Part shown: positions 49,306 through 57,780 of the stretch, in pieces
How the letters are laid out: each line of letters opens with the position of its first letter
How positions within the stretch are numbered: the first letter of the stretch is position 1
DNA from: a virus
Lineage: Duplodnaviria; Caudoviricetes
Virus record (IMG/VR): IMGVR_UViG_3300024255_001563
Coordinates: 32,001-96,000 of that record
Strand: one strand, 5' to 3'
Length of the DNA: 64,000 bases
Position numbers and translations under genes: made by a program
The notes under the pieces: generated by a model
What the model saw: the letters and a program-made list of their open reading frames with translations, nothing else
Told to the model about the DNA's origin: nothing
Database searches by the model: none

Positions 49306-52300
49306 TTAACCTAGTAGAATGCTCCAAAGAGACACTTCTTCACGCATATAATCTTCTGTAACAGGATCTTCTTCAATACCCGTTCCGGGGATCCATGATA
49401 CATTATTCCAAACTTCTACACCTTTAATAGAAGGATTGTATCGGAATGCACCTATTTCTGGTCCAGGTCCGCTGTCTTCTGATACAGCAAGTACTAAATC
49501 AGTAACTGCGAATGCATTTAATCCTTTTTCATTTGTACCATTTTGAGAAATTCTAAATTTTATATTTGAAAAATCAACTGTCGAATCTTCGATGTTAAAT
49601 GTAATCTCAAAATCTTTCCATATAACAAATTCTGACCTATTTTCAATTTCCATTATTGGAGTTATTGTAACCATTCCGGCATCATCAGATCCGTCATAAG
49701 AGAACTCAAAATTTATATCGTCGCCTTCGTATAGTCTACTACCATTTGATCCGTCACCTAATATTAGTTTGCCTTTAAATCTTGCAGAGGTAAAATTACT
49801 TAAATCTAAACTATCAGTCACTGCATATCTAGTAGTGTTAGGTAAAATAGATGTATCTTCGTCAAATATATAATAATAGTTATTGCCATCAGGTGCATAT
49901 TCTACAAACTGATTTGTGTTTGTAGTAATTTTATATTGTATTTCTAGTTCCCAATTATTTGTCATACCAGAAACAAGAGTGTTTAGTGAACTCGGAACAG
50001 TTACTTCAACATTTATTCCATAATTTCCAGAGCCGCCTATTACTACTTGTGTTGGGAAAATACTTGCTTCTGTTCCTGTGTTAGAATATGTCCTAGTATC
50101 TTGCGGTACATCTCCAAACACTCCGGATATAGTCCAGTCTGTAGTATTACCGTTATCTTCAAATACACCTATTCTTGTTAGATATGTTGTTGCTGTGTCA
50201 TCGCTAGGCAATGTTATATCAACATATTCATTTGTATCTTGAAAGTTTCCTCTAAATCTTATTTGCGATAATTCTATATCGATTACATCTGAAATATCAT
50301 CTATACCAAAATCAATAAAATAGTTTTGTGATCCTGTACTAGTTGATCCTACTATCTGAGTATTAGTTACTGTTGTGGTGCCATTGCCGGTAGCAGTAGT
50401 TGTTGCTTGTGCAATTCTTACTCCGTTGTCAGATTCCCATAATGAACTTGCACTAATATCAGTCTCGGTAGATAAAGTATTAACATTGTCTGTTATTACT
50501 GTGCCAGCTAGTCCTATAATTGCAGCTAAAGTGCCTCCTGCTTTTACATAACCATTTTCACCACTTATAATTTCAAATGCACCAGCTGAAGGATTTGTCC
50601 AGGTCGTATTTCTAAAATATTCTTGATTATTAAGTGTTACCGTTCCTGTACCTTTTCTTCTAATCCAAAGATCAGCATCTGACTCAGAACTTGTAATTTC
50701 ATTATTATTAATTAAAACACTATCACTTTGTAATCCGGGTAGCGTAATACCTTCGTTGTTTATTTCTCCAACTTTTATAGCATTTATGTTAATATCAATA
50801 TAATTGTTTGTATCATTAGCAATTATACTAGTTCGTCTATCATCTGAATAGATGCCATCAAATGAAATTCTACCATCGCCGAAACCTTCAAAAACATTAT
50901 CTTCAGAACTAAATCTTAAAATTCCTACATCTTCAATTATTTCATCGTTTGTACCTACTGGTAGTCTTAATCCTTCCCCTTCAACAATTAAATTATTACT
51001 TGTAGTAAATTCAATATTTGTTGCATCAGTTGTTGTAATTGTGTTTTCTCTAAATCTAATTCCTTCAATTTCAACATAGCCTGCGCCATTTGATTGTAAA
51101 TTTAGATTAGCATCAGAAACAGTAGTTGTAATTGTAGTATCAAATATTTGTATATCGTCAATTACTATATTATCAGCATATACATCATTCCAAACTTTTG
51201 AATTACTACCTAAACTATGTGTTCTATCTTGATCGGGATAAAAATCTTGTTCTATGTTTACATTAAGATCTACAGTATCATCAGGATCATTACCTAGTCT
51301 AATCAACTCTCCTGAAATTGAAAGATCTCCTACAATATCTGTATTTTTATCAAATAATACATTTGAATTAAAGTTTGTAGTATTTGTTGCGCTATCAATA
51401 TTTAGATCACTTATTAGAGAATACATTGTTTCTCCTTCAAATCTAATATTTCCAGTTTCTACAAAAGATGTATTAAGTGTTGTTTGATCTGTACCGTTTG
51501 AGATTATAATTTGAGATAGTCCGTCTAGTGTAACATCCTCTGCATCAATACTTAATAATCCAGATTCTAAATCTACAAAAAATTCATTACCGACTTTAAA
51601 TTTACCCTTTTCGTCAGTGTTAGTTACATATATTTTTCCGCCATTAAGATCATTCCACTGTTGTTCTTCAATAACATCGTTAGGATCATTGTCTATTTTA
51701 TTTTGTGTACCTATGTATGCAAAATTATGATTAATAAGATACATAATTGTATCAGCACCGTCTGCATAGGCGCCATAGTAACCGTAAACATTAGCAGATC
51801 CAATACTACGAAGCTCTGCGCCATACTCTATAGTACTACCATCTGTACTAAGATGTCCTGTAGTGCCTCTTTCTGCAAATAAACCTTTGTCTGCAAAATA
51901 TGTAAAACTGTTAAGCCATTCTACTCGCACACCGTTAGTCATGTACAATCCAGTTACACCCGGAGTGATAAATGTTGCACTATGGAACAGCATACTAGCA
52001 GTCGGACTTGACGAATCGATAACGCCGCCGTCAACTGTTGCACCACTACCTGATTTAAATGCTGCTATTTTTAGTTCATAGCTATATGCAGTAGCTAATG
52101 TTATGCCGTCGGTTTCAAAATTACTACTCCTAAAAGGATATATGTCAGCATCTTTTGTAAGATTACGAAGATCATATCTGTAAAGGAAGTCAGTAGCCGG
52201 TCTATAAAAAAGATAATTGTCTACGATTGTATTACCGCTAACATTATTTGGTGTAGGAACTCCTGTCTTTGTTCCTGTAACACTTCCTGTGTTTAAATCA

Positions 52301-54144
52301 TATACTGTAATTGTATTAGATTCAACATTCACAAAAGTTGTTCCTTCAATTGCAAATTTTCCACCTGCATTTGAAGGTAAACCTAAATTACGTTGTAGTG
52401 TCCCTGTAGCAGTGTCGTAGACATCACCGTTGTTATCTCCTACAACAATATAATCATCACTAATAACAAATTTTGTTACTCCTAGTTCTAATGAATAAGA
52501 ATAACTTAGTTGTCCATTAGCATAACTGTCTAGTGTGTATACATTTATTGTGTCTTGTACAACAGCACTGGTATTGTATGCACTAGTAAGTGCTGCATAA
52601 TTGGTTGTGATCAACGATTCACCTTGTCCTAATTCTAGATCAGATCCAGATATACCAGACATGCCTGTAGGGGTAGGCACAGAACGTCGGCCAAAGCCTA
52701 AAGTAACTGTTTCTACTTGATTATCTTCGCCTATGACAAAAGTATTATGCGCAGGAAATCCATTACTTACAAAACTGCCTGCATCACCATAATTACCGCC
52801 AAACGAACCTATGCTTAAATCTTCTGAACCTTCTTCGCCAGTTTCTTTGTTAACCCATTTTAAATATGATCTAGCTGGAAAACCACTATATTCTCTAAAC
52901 CAGCCTATTGCCCAGTAATCTCTTGTATTAAGACCGTAATAACCTCTGTTTGATTGTTTGTTACCACTGGGACCAAACCATGTAACATCTTTTTGATCAG
53001 GATATAAAACTTTTTCAACATAACCTTCTGCTGTAATTACGCTTACATTTCTAACATATGGAGAGCGTGTGCTTAACACAGCATCTGTTGCAAAACTAAA
53101 TGCAGAACCTGGACTGTAAAAATCTTTTACAGTTAGATCTTCAACTGTTGAATTATCATTTAATTTAAACACATCTTCAAATTCATAACCAGCAGCAGGT
53201 TTTATAATTGTGTTTCTAATTTCTTCACCTTTAACTGTAACATTATCAGGAACTATCAAAGGTAGTTCTTCTTCATATTCACCTGCAAATATATGTACTG
53301 TTACAGTTCCTTCGCCGCTTGCATCAGCTGCTTCTAATGCACGTCTTACTGTTCTAAATGGCCCTTGTACATGATCGCCTACATTTGTATCGTCGCCGTT
53401 TTGCGAAACATAAAACATATTTCCAACTCTAGAATTGATAGTAACAAATCCTGAAATAACTTCGCCTGTTTCTACTGCTGCACCGTTTAGTAAATTTGAA
53501 TGTATTTCGCCAAATCTTCTATCACTACTACCTAAGTTGTATGTATCTGTAATGTCTGGAATAATATTACTTTGTACTTGCGTATCAAAACTAATTTCAT
53601 CAGGAGTCTCAGGACCAGTCCCAAATATTAAATCTCCGCCCATTGAAATGTTGCCTGTAGCATTCATACTACCGTATATGTCAACATTATTTAAAAATTC
53701 AACTGTGCCTGTTCCGCTTGGAATTAAATCTAAATTAGCATCACTATTATAAGTTGTAATTTTTTCATTATCTATGAGTATGTCAGAAGTTGCTAATGCA
53801 CTCAACTGTATATTAGGATCTGCTCCATCAACAGGAGTTGCTGTAAGATACAGTATGTCTGTGTCTACACCAACTGTATTATTTTGTGCTGTAAATAATG
53901 GAAAAACTTCCATAATATCTGCATTTAAATTTTCTGATCTAAATTTTGTCTTTACAGTTAAATCTTTACTAGGATTTTCTAAGTCTATACCTATTCGCCC
54001 AGTAACTGGATCAAGATGTAACAACGCAGTGTTAGATGCAGTGTTTTTAAAATTTAAATTTGGCTTGCCGGCGCCGCCTTGATATAACTCAAGATTGTCT
54101 TGTAATACGCCGCCGCCTATACGTCCAGTTTGTGGTTCAGGCAT
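49306..54144 (-). CDS. Large tail fibre/baseplate protein (1612 aa), paralogue of 45461-49186
   Basis: YVSQNGDD, TRSPYVRNVSV, LFHSATFITPGV...TNGVRVEWLN.FTYFADKG; TAAATA 54166-54171. Confidence 0.8.
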   Translation of the reverse strand: MPEPQTGRIGGGVLQDNLELYQGGAGKPNLNFKNTASNTALLHLDPVTGRIGIDLENPSKDLTVKTKFRSENLNADIMEVFPLFTAQNNTVGVDTDILYLTATPVDGADPNIQLSALATSDILIDNEKITTYNSDANLDLIPSGTGTVEFLNNVDIYGSMNATGNISMGGDLIFGTGPETPDEISFDTQVQSNIIPDITDTYNLGSSDRRFGEIHSNLLNGAAVETGEVISGFVTINSRVGNMFYVSQNGDDTNVGDHVQGPFRTVRRALEAADASGEGTVTVHIFAGEYEEELPLIVPDNVTVKGEEIRNTIIKPAAGYEFEDVFKLNDNSTVEDLTVKDFYSPGSAFSFATDAVLSTRSPYVRNVSVITAEGYVEKVLYPDQKDVTWFGPSGNKQSNRGYYGLNTRDYWAIGWFREYSGFPARSYLKWVNKETGEEGSEDLSIGSFGGNYGDAGSFVSNGFPAHNTFVIGEDNQVETVTLGFGRRSVPTPTGMSGISGSDLELGQGESLITTNYAALTSAYNTSAVVQDTINVYTLDSYANGQLSYSYSLELGVTKFVISDDYIVVGDNNGDVYDTATGTLQRNLGLPSNAGGKFAIEGTTFVNVESNTITVYDLNTGSVTGTKTGVPTPNNVSGNTIVDNYLFYRPATDFLYRYDLRNLTKDADIYPFRSSNFETDGITLATAYSYELKIAAFKSGSGATVDGGVIDSSSPTASMLFHSATFITPGVTGLYMTNGVRVEWLNSFTYFADKGLFAERGTTGHLSTDGSTIEYGAELRSIGSANVYGYYGAYADGADTIMYLINHNFAYIGTQNKIDNDPNDVIEEQQWNDLNGGKIYVTNTDEKGKFKVGNEFFVDLESGLLSIDAEDVTLDGLSQIIISNGTDQTTLNTSFVETGNIRFEGETMYSLISDLNIDSATNTTNFNSNVLFDKNTDIVGDLSISGELIRLGNDPDDTVDLNVNIEQDFYPDQDRTHSLGSNSKVWNDVYADNIVIDDIQIFDTTITTTVSDANLNLQSNGAGYVEIEGIRFRENTITTTDATNIEFTTSNNLIVEGEGLRLPVGTNDEIIEDVGILRFSSEDNVFEGFGDGRISFDGIYSDDRRTSIIANDTNNYIDININAIKVGEINNEGITLPGLQSDSVLINNNEITSSESDADLWIRRKGTGTVTLNNQEYFRNTTWTNPSAGAFEIISGENGYVKAGGTLAAIIGLAGTVITDNVNTLSTETDISASSLWESDNGVRIAQATTTATGNGTTTVTNTQIVGSTSTGSQNYFIDFGIDDISDVIDIELSQIRFRGNFQDTNEYVDITLPSDDTATTYLTRIGVFEDNGNTTDWTISGVFGDVPQDTRTYSNTGTEASIFPTQVVIGGSGNYGINVEVTVPSSLNTLVSGMTNNWELEIQYKITTNTNQFVEYAPDGNNYYYIFDEDTSILPNTTRYAVTDSLDLSNFTSARFKGKLILGDGSNGSRLYEGDDINFEFSYDGSDDAGMVTITPIMEIENRSEFVIWKDFEITFNIEDSTVDFSNIKFRISQNGTNEKGLNAFAVTDLVLAVSEDSGPGPEIGAFRYNPSIKGVEVWNNVSWIPGTGIEEDPVTEDYMREEVSLWSILLG

Positions 54145-54168
54145 TTTTTACTCCTTTGACATATGTAT

Positions 54169-54678
54169 TTATTTGTCAAAGTTATGTAATACAGTTACAG
54201 GTTTACCTAAAGGTGGTGCAGATCCAAATCTTATATACCATCCTTCTGCTTTACCACTAGGATTTTGTTTTAATGTATAGTTTGTCGTTGGTAACTGATA
54301 AACATTTTCAACAAATACTAATATATTTTGTGCAGCGGCAGGAATAGGATAATCACTATCTTGACTATCAAGAGGACCGAAGTCAACTTCACTTGCATCG
54401 CCTACGCCTAAACTTTGTACTATAATACCTGGATCTTGATTTGGTTCTTTGAACCGTATTTCTCTCCAAGCACCATTTTGATAAGCTTCTAATTGCTCGT
54501 CACCTGTGTTATATCTTACATAACCATTTTCTGGATAGAAAGGTCTTTGAGATTCTTCACCTTTTGGAACTAACAACCCCTTTTTACTATCCATAATAAC
54601 TTGATCGTTTTCATCGTATCTTACGCCCGGACCAGTTATACTTCTTAAATTTGTTGTTTGTCTTTTAATTAATCTCAT
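54169..54678 (-). CDS. Structural protein with fibre module; start revised from 54693
   Basis: LLVPKG..QRP....GYVRYNT...LEAYQNGAW; TAATG coupling at 54676-54680. Confidence 0.7.
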   Translation of the reverse strand: MRLIKRQTTNLRSITGPGVRYDENDQVIMDSKKGLLVPKGEESQRPFYPENGYVRYNTGDEQLEAYQNGAWREIRFKEPNQDPGIIVQSLGVGDASEVDFGPLDSQDSDYPIPAAAQNILVFVENVYQLPTTNYTLKQNPSGKAEGWYIRFGSAPPLGKPVTVLHNFDK

Positions 54679-55067
54679 TATACTTCCAACCAACTTACTG
54701 TAGCACTTAAATTTGTCGGACTATCTCCAACAATTACAATTCTATCTCCTGATTCTAAAACAATTTTTTCGCTATCGAATGTAAATGTTTCTCCTGAAGG
54801 CATTTGTAGTGAATTTACAACTTTATTAATATCACCTTTAGCTTCGTTACGTTTTACTATGTGCATATCAAAGTTTGTTGTTCCGGCTTCTTCGTGTACA
54901 ATATTCGGTACTTCATTATTACATACTAAAATATTAGTTACTGCATATCTTCTTGCCGGAGGATCTAATGGGTCTAATGGATCCCATGTTCCTATTGCCT
55001 TATAAGGATCTGGAACTTGTACTAAATCTTGATCTGTTGTTGTTATTAATAAATTGCGTATAGGCAT
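54678..55067 (-). CDS. Small beta-sandwich structural protein (paralogue 3)
   Basis: YAVTNILVCN...GETFTFDSEKIVLESGD...VSWLEV. Confidence 0.7.
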   Translation of the reverse strand: MPIRNLLITTTDQDLVQVPDPYKAIGTWDPLDPLDPPARRYAVTNILVCNNEVPNIVHEEAGTTNFDMHIVKRNEAKGDINKVVNSLQMPSGETFTFDSEKIVLESGDRIVIVGDSPTNLSATVSWLEV

Positions 55068-55427
55068 TTATATCTCCAAATAACTTATTACAACTGCTAA
55101 AGTTGTGTTGCCAGGATTAGTAATATCATCCGGTGTTCCTATTCCTACAATAGAATCACTACTTTCAATAATTATTTTTTCACTATCAAACGTAAAAGTT
55201 TCGCCTGCACGTAAACTCATTTGATTTATAATTCTGTTAATATCACCTCTAGACTGACCATTAGGTATTAAGTGCAAATCAAAAGTTGCTAAACCTTCTT
55301 GATCGTCTGACGGATTAGGAACATATGTATTACATACAATTATTGTTGTAATTGCATATTGCTTTGCAGCTGGCACTGTAAGCAACGCTGTTTCTGTTAT
55401 TCCTATAAATTTGTGTTCTATAGCCAT
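55068..55427 (-). CDS. Small beta-sandwich structural protein (paralogue 4)
   Basis: YAITTIIVCN...GETFTFDSEKIIIESSD...ISYLEI. Confidence 0.7.
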   Translation of the reverse strand: MAIEHKFIGITETALLTVPAAKQYAITTIIVCNTYVPNPSDDQEGLATFDLHLIPNGQSRGDINRIINQMSLRAGETFTFDSEKIIIESSDSIVGIGTPDDITNPGNTTLAVVISYLEI

Positions 55428-55435
55428 AAAAATTC

Positions 55436-56485
55436 CTAAAATATCATACTGTAAATCATTGATTTATTGTTACTTACTATTTCGTCACGTCTATCAAAAC
55501 TATTTACAAAATATAATCCAGTGTCGCCAAATTGTGGAACGTTTGTATATAACTTTAATCCTGCAGAACTATCATCCGGAGCACTCGGTTCTAATAATCC
55601 ATCGTCGTCGCCCGGTGTTGCATTTATTTGTAATACATCGTTAATTCTTACTGTACCTGTTCCAGGCGCTGAAAGAGTAAGATCGCTATTACTAACAGTT
55701 GATTCTATTTTAGTATCTAAAATTCGTATTCCTTGAATTTCAGCTCTATTTTCATAAAATTCACTTACAACAACATCGTCAATACCTATTTGTACAACAC
55801 TCGGATTTCCAGTATCTTCTCTGTCAATAGTTTCAACAAATGTTTTTGTTATTGTACCTTCTTCAATTCTATCTTGGAACACCCCTGCAAAATAAGAATT
55901 AACATAATCAACAATTGATTTAGTATTCGGTATGTTATCTGGATCGATAACACCATCAGAATTAGAACCACCTGTTAAATCAACTGTACCTGTTGCGATA
56001 TCACTATATGTAAAAACATTATTTTCATAATCAGTAGTACCTGTGACAGTAATTACACCAGTACCGTTGCTTATTAAATATAAGTCACTTCCGCCTGTAT
56101 TAATATGATTTGTTTGTAGTCCTTTAAGTGTTCCACTACCTCCGTCGGCAATATAAAGCCTAAATGCACCATCAGTTCCTCCTGGAACTACATTTGCAAT
56201 ATTTTCATCAAATACAAAAAATGTATCTGCATTTGTTCCTCTATCTATTCTAATACCTGCAGAATCAAGTGTAATACCTGCGCCAGTCTCTCCGCTGTTT
56301 ACAATAATTATATTGTCTTTTACAGTCATATTTTCAGACTGTACAGTAGTTGCGTTACCTTGTACAATAAGGTCGCCTGTTACTCTTACAACACCATTTT
56401 CATTACCAGTGTTTAATACAATAACACCACCTTCTTGTGTTTCTATAGTATAGTCACCATATGGTATTTTTAGAAATTTTGACAT
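55436..56485 (-). CDS. Fibre-shaft-like structural protein
   Basis: VTGDL.VQG..TTV.S....VKDNII..N.GE...G...GI.IDRG motif typical of large-myovirus fibre shafts. Confidence 0.7.
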   Translation of the reverse strand: MSKFLKIPYGDYTIETQEGGVIVLNTGNENGVVRVTGDLIVQGNATTVQSENMTVKDNIIIVNSGETGAGITLDSAGIRIDRGTNADTFFVFDENIANVVPGGTDGAFRLYIADGGSGTLKGLQTNHINTGGSDLYLISNGTGVITVTGTTDYENNVFTYSDIATGTVDLTGGSNSDGVIDPDNIPNTKSIVDYVNSYFAGVFQDRIEEGTITKTFVETIDREDTGNPSVVQIGIDDVVVSEFYENRAEIQGIRILDTKIESTVSNSDLTLSAPGTGTVRINDVLQINATPGDDDGLLEPSAPDDSSAGLKLYTNVPQFGDTGLYFVNSFDRRDEIVSNNKSMIYSMIF

Positions 56486-56847
56486 TATATTGTCCTAAGT
56501 AAAATAATATTTTCAGTTGAATCGTGTTCTAGATCCCACTTATAATTGATATTCTTAAAATCAATCATTGTATCATTCATAATTTTTTTTATAAAAACAA
56601 AGCTACATATTTTTAAACAAAGTGCCCTTATCGACATTTCATTTTCTTTTAATTCTTCAGTTGTTTTTTCGACCAACCTACATATACCAATGTTTCCATT
56701 ATCGTCTGCAACCTCAAATGTATTTTCAGAAAGTTGTGCTAAGACTTCACCGTGTGGTGTTGCCTTAGCACTTCCAATCTTTACTGAAACTACTAAGTTT
56801 TTTAGATTTTCTAAGAAATCCCAAAAAACATTTATCGGTCGTCCCAT
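56485..56847 (-). CDS. Hypothetical protein, paralogue of 56859-57320
   Basis: MGRP start; G..L.Q....F.V...G...C.LV....L...EM.I pattern shared with the neighbour. Confidence 0.65.
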   Translation of the reverse strand: MGRPINVFWDFLENLKNLVVSVKIGSAKATPHGEVLAQLSENTFEVADDNGNIGICRLVEKTTEELKENEMSIRALCLKICSFVFIKKIMNDTMIDFKNINYKWDLEHDSTENIILLRTI

Positions 56848-56858
56848 TAAGTTAGTCC

Positions 56859-57320
56859 TTATGCGTCTTCTGTGAAATCGTCGTCATCGGTTCCAACTAA
56901 TGTGTTGTCGTCGCCAGCTTCTTCAACTTGTGCTGCACCGTCTGCTACAGATGTACTAAAGTTCCATGCTACACTTACACCATCATAAGCATTACTACCT
57001 GTTGCACTTGGTGCTGACAATGTAGCTTTACGTCCAGAAATTTTACTTACTGTGTATGTTTCTGCATCGTCCATTTTGAATGAAATAGCCATTTCGCCTT
57101 CTGCTAATGCTGCTGGTAGTTTACCAGTTGTTAGCGTACAAGTAAATAAGCCTGGTGTTTCAATTTCTTCACATACAAATTTCTTTGATGCTTTTTGCTT
57201 TACAATGTAACCTTCTTTAACTGCTGTGCCGTTATGAAAATTTACTTTAATTTCGTTGCCGCCTGCTGTAGGTCCTACGCCTGCTACACCGAATAATCGT
57301 TTGTTTAGTGGTCTTCCCAT
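56859..57320 (-). CDS. Probable virion structural protein (capsid decoration candidate)
   Basis: 153 aa; own TAAATA 57417-57422, long structured leader, AGGAGA SD; directly after the capsid gene. Confidence 0.6.
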   Translation of the reverse strand: MGRPLNKRLFGVAGVGPTAGGNEIKVNFHNGTAVKEGYIVKQKASKKFVCEEIETPGLFTCTLTTGKLPAALAEGEMAISFKMDDAETYTVSKISGRKATLSAPSATGSNAYDGVSVAWNFSTSVADGAAQVEEAGDDNTLVGTDDDDFTEDA

Positions 57321-57422
57321 TTTTTTTCTCCTATAAAAAGTAGTCCTATGCCCGTTCTATGAGCTACGCTGCGGGTACAGCATAAGTCCGCCTTGCGGCA
57401 CACTATCTGACATATGTATTTA
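57321..57422 (-). promoter_or_regulatory. Late promoter plus a ~90-nt structured 5' leader
   Basis: GCC-GCAA-GGC GNRA hairpin; ATGCTG/CAGCGT stem whose loop CCCG can pair with downstream CGGG. Confidence 0.5.
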
Positions 57423-57431
57423 TCAAATAAG

Positions 57432-57464
57432 AAAAAAGCCCGACACAGTTAAGTATCGAGCTTT
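57432..57464 (-). terminator. Rho-independent terminator of the putative ncRNA
   Basis: 13-bp stem that pairs fully only on the minus strand (two G-U pairs), followed by a U tract. Confidence 0.8.
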
Positions 57465-57680
57465 TAATAATAAGGGTGATAGGTTGGACTTTGAGAATAC
57501 CAACAACCTCCTAGTAGCTCTCGCTAAATTCGGAGGAGCCTAGCATCGGATAGTTACTTCCAAAAACATATCTTTGTATCTCTACAATCATATGCTGCCA
57601 CTACAGCTACTAGCCAAGTTGTGTCACTACGCAACACCGTTCCTTGCACTATCTAACTTAGACCGTCGCCTAACTTATGT
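57432..57680 (-). ncRNA. Candidate structured non-coding RNA of about 245 nt, family not recognised
   Basis: Bounded by a sigma70 promoter and a terminator; GC-richer than the flanks; multiple hairpins, two capped by GAGA tetraloops; no SD-led ORF. Confidence 0.55.
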
Positions 57681-57684
57681 AACT

Positions 57685-57712
57685 AATATAACATCATTAC
57701 AAACAATGTCAA
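57685..57712 (-). promoter_or_regulatory. Sigma70-type promoter with extended -10
   Basis: TTGACA 57712-57707, 16-nt spacer, TGnTATATT; shares GGTTGACAtt...TGtTAT with the promoter at 9869. Confidence 0.7.
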
Positions 57713-57734
57713 CCACTTTTTTTAAAAAAGTCAT

Positions 57735-57761
57735 AAAAAAAGGCCCCGTAGGGCCTTTTTT
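57735..57761 (-). terminator. Rho-independent terminator after the major capsid gene
   Basis: AAAAAAGGCCC-TACG-GGGCCTTTTTT; cUACGg tetraloop; symmetric A/T tracts. Confidence 0.9.
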
Positions 57762-57780
57762 CGTTATTATAAAAATAATA

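Noticed and set aside
29311-54144. Diversity-generating retroelement or invertible cassette acting on the fibres
   Set aside because: I found no reverse transcriptase, no recombinase and no near-identical TR/VR pair differing at adenines. Paralogue similarity is at the protein level only.
54155-54180. TTTGACA/TGTCAAA inverted repeat around a late hexamer, possibly a sigma70 -35 or an operator
   Set aside because: There is no matching -10 at 16-18 nt on either strand, and a 7-bp repeat is plausible by chance in AT-rich DNA.
57481-57580. Fragments resembling group I intron elements (AAGAUAU, AAGUCC, AACUAUCC) or a tRNA T-arm
   Set aside because: P7 pairing and the cloverleaf cannot be built, and the region does not interrupt a gene.
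57511-57591. 26-codon ORF (MIVEIQRYVFGSNYPMLGSSEFSESY) inside the candidate ncRNA
   Set aside because: It has no SD, its start is buried in a stem, and it is not hydrophobic like a type I toxin. It is kept only as an alternative to test.
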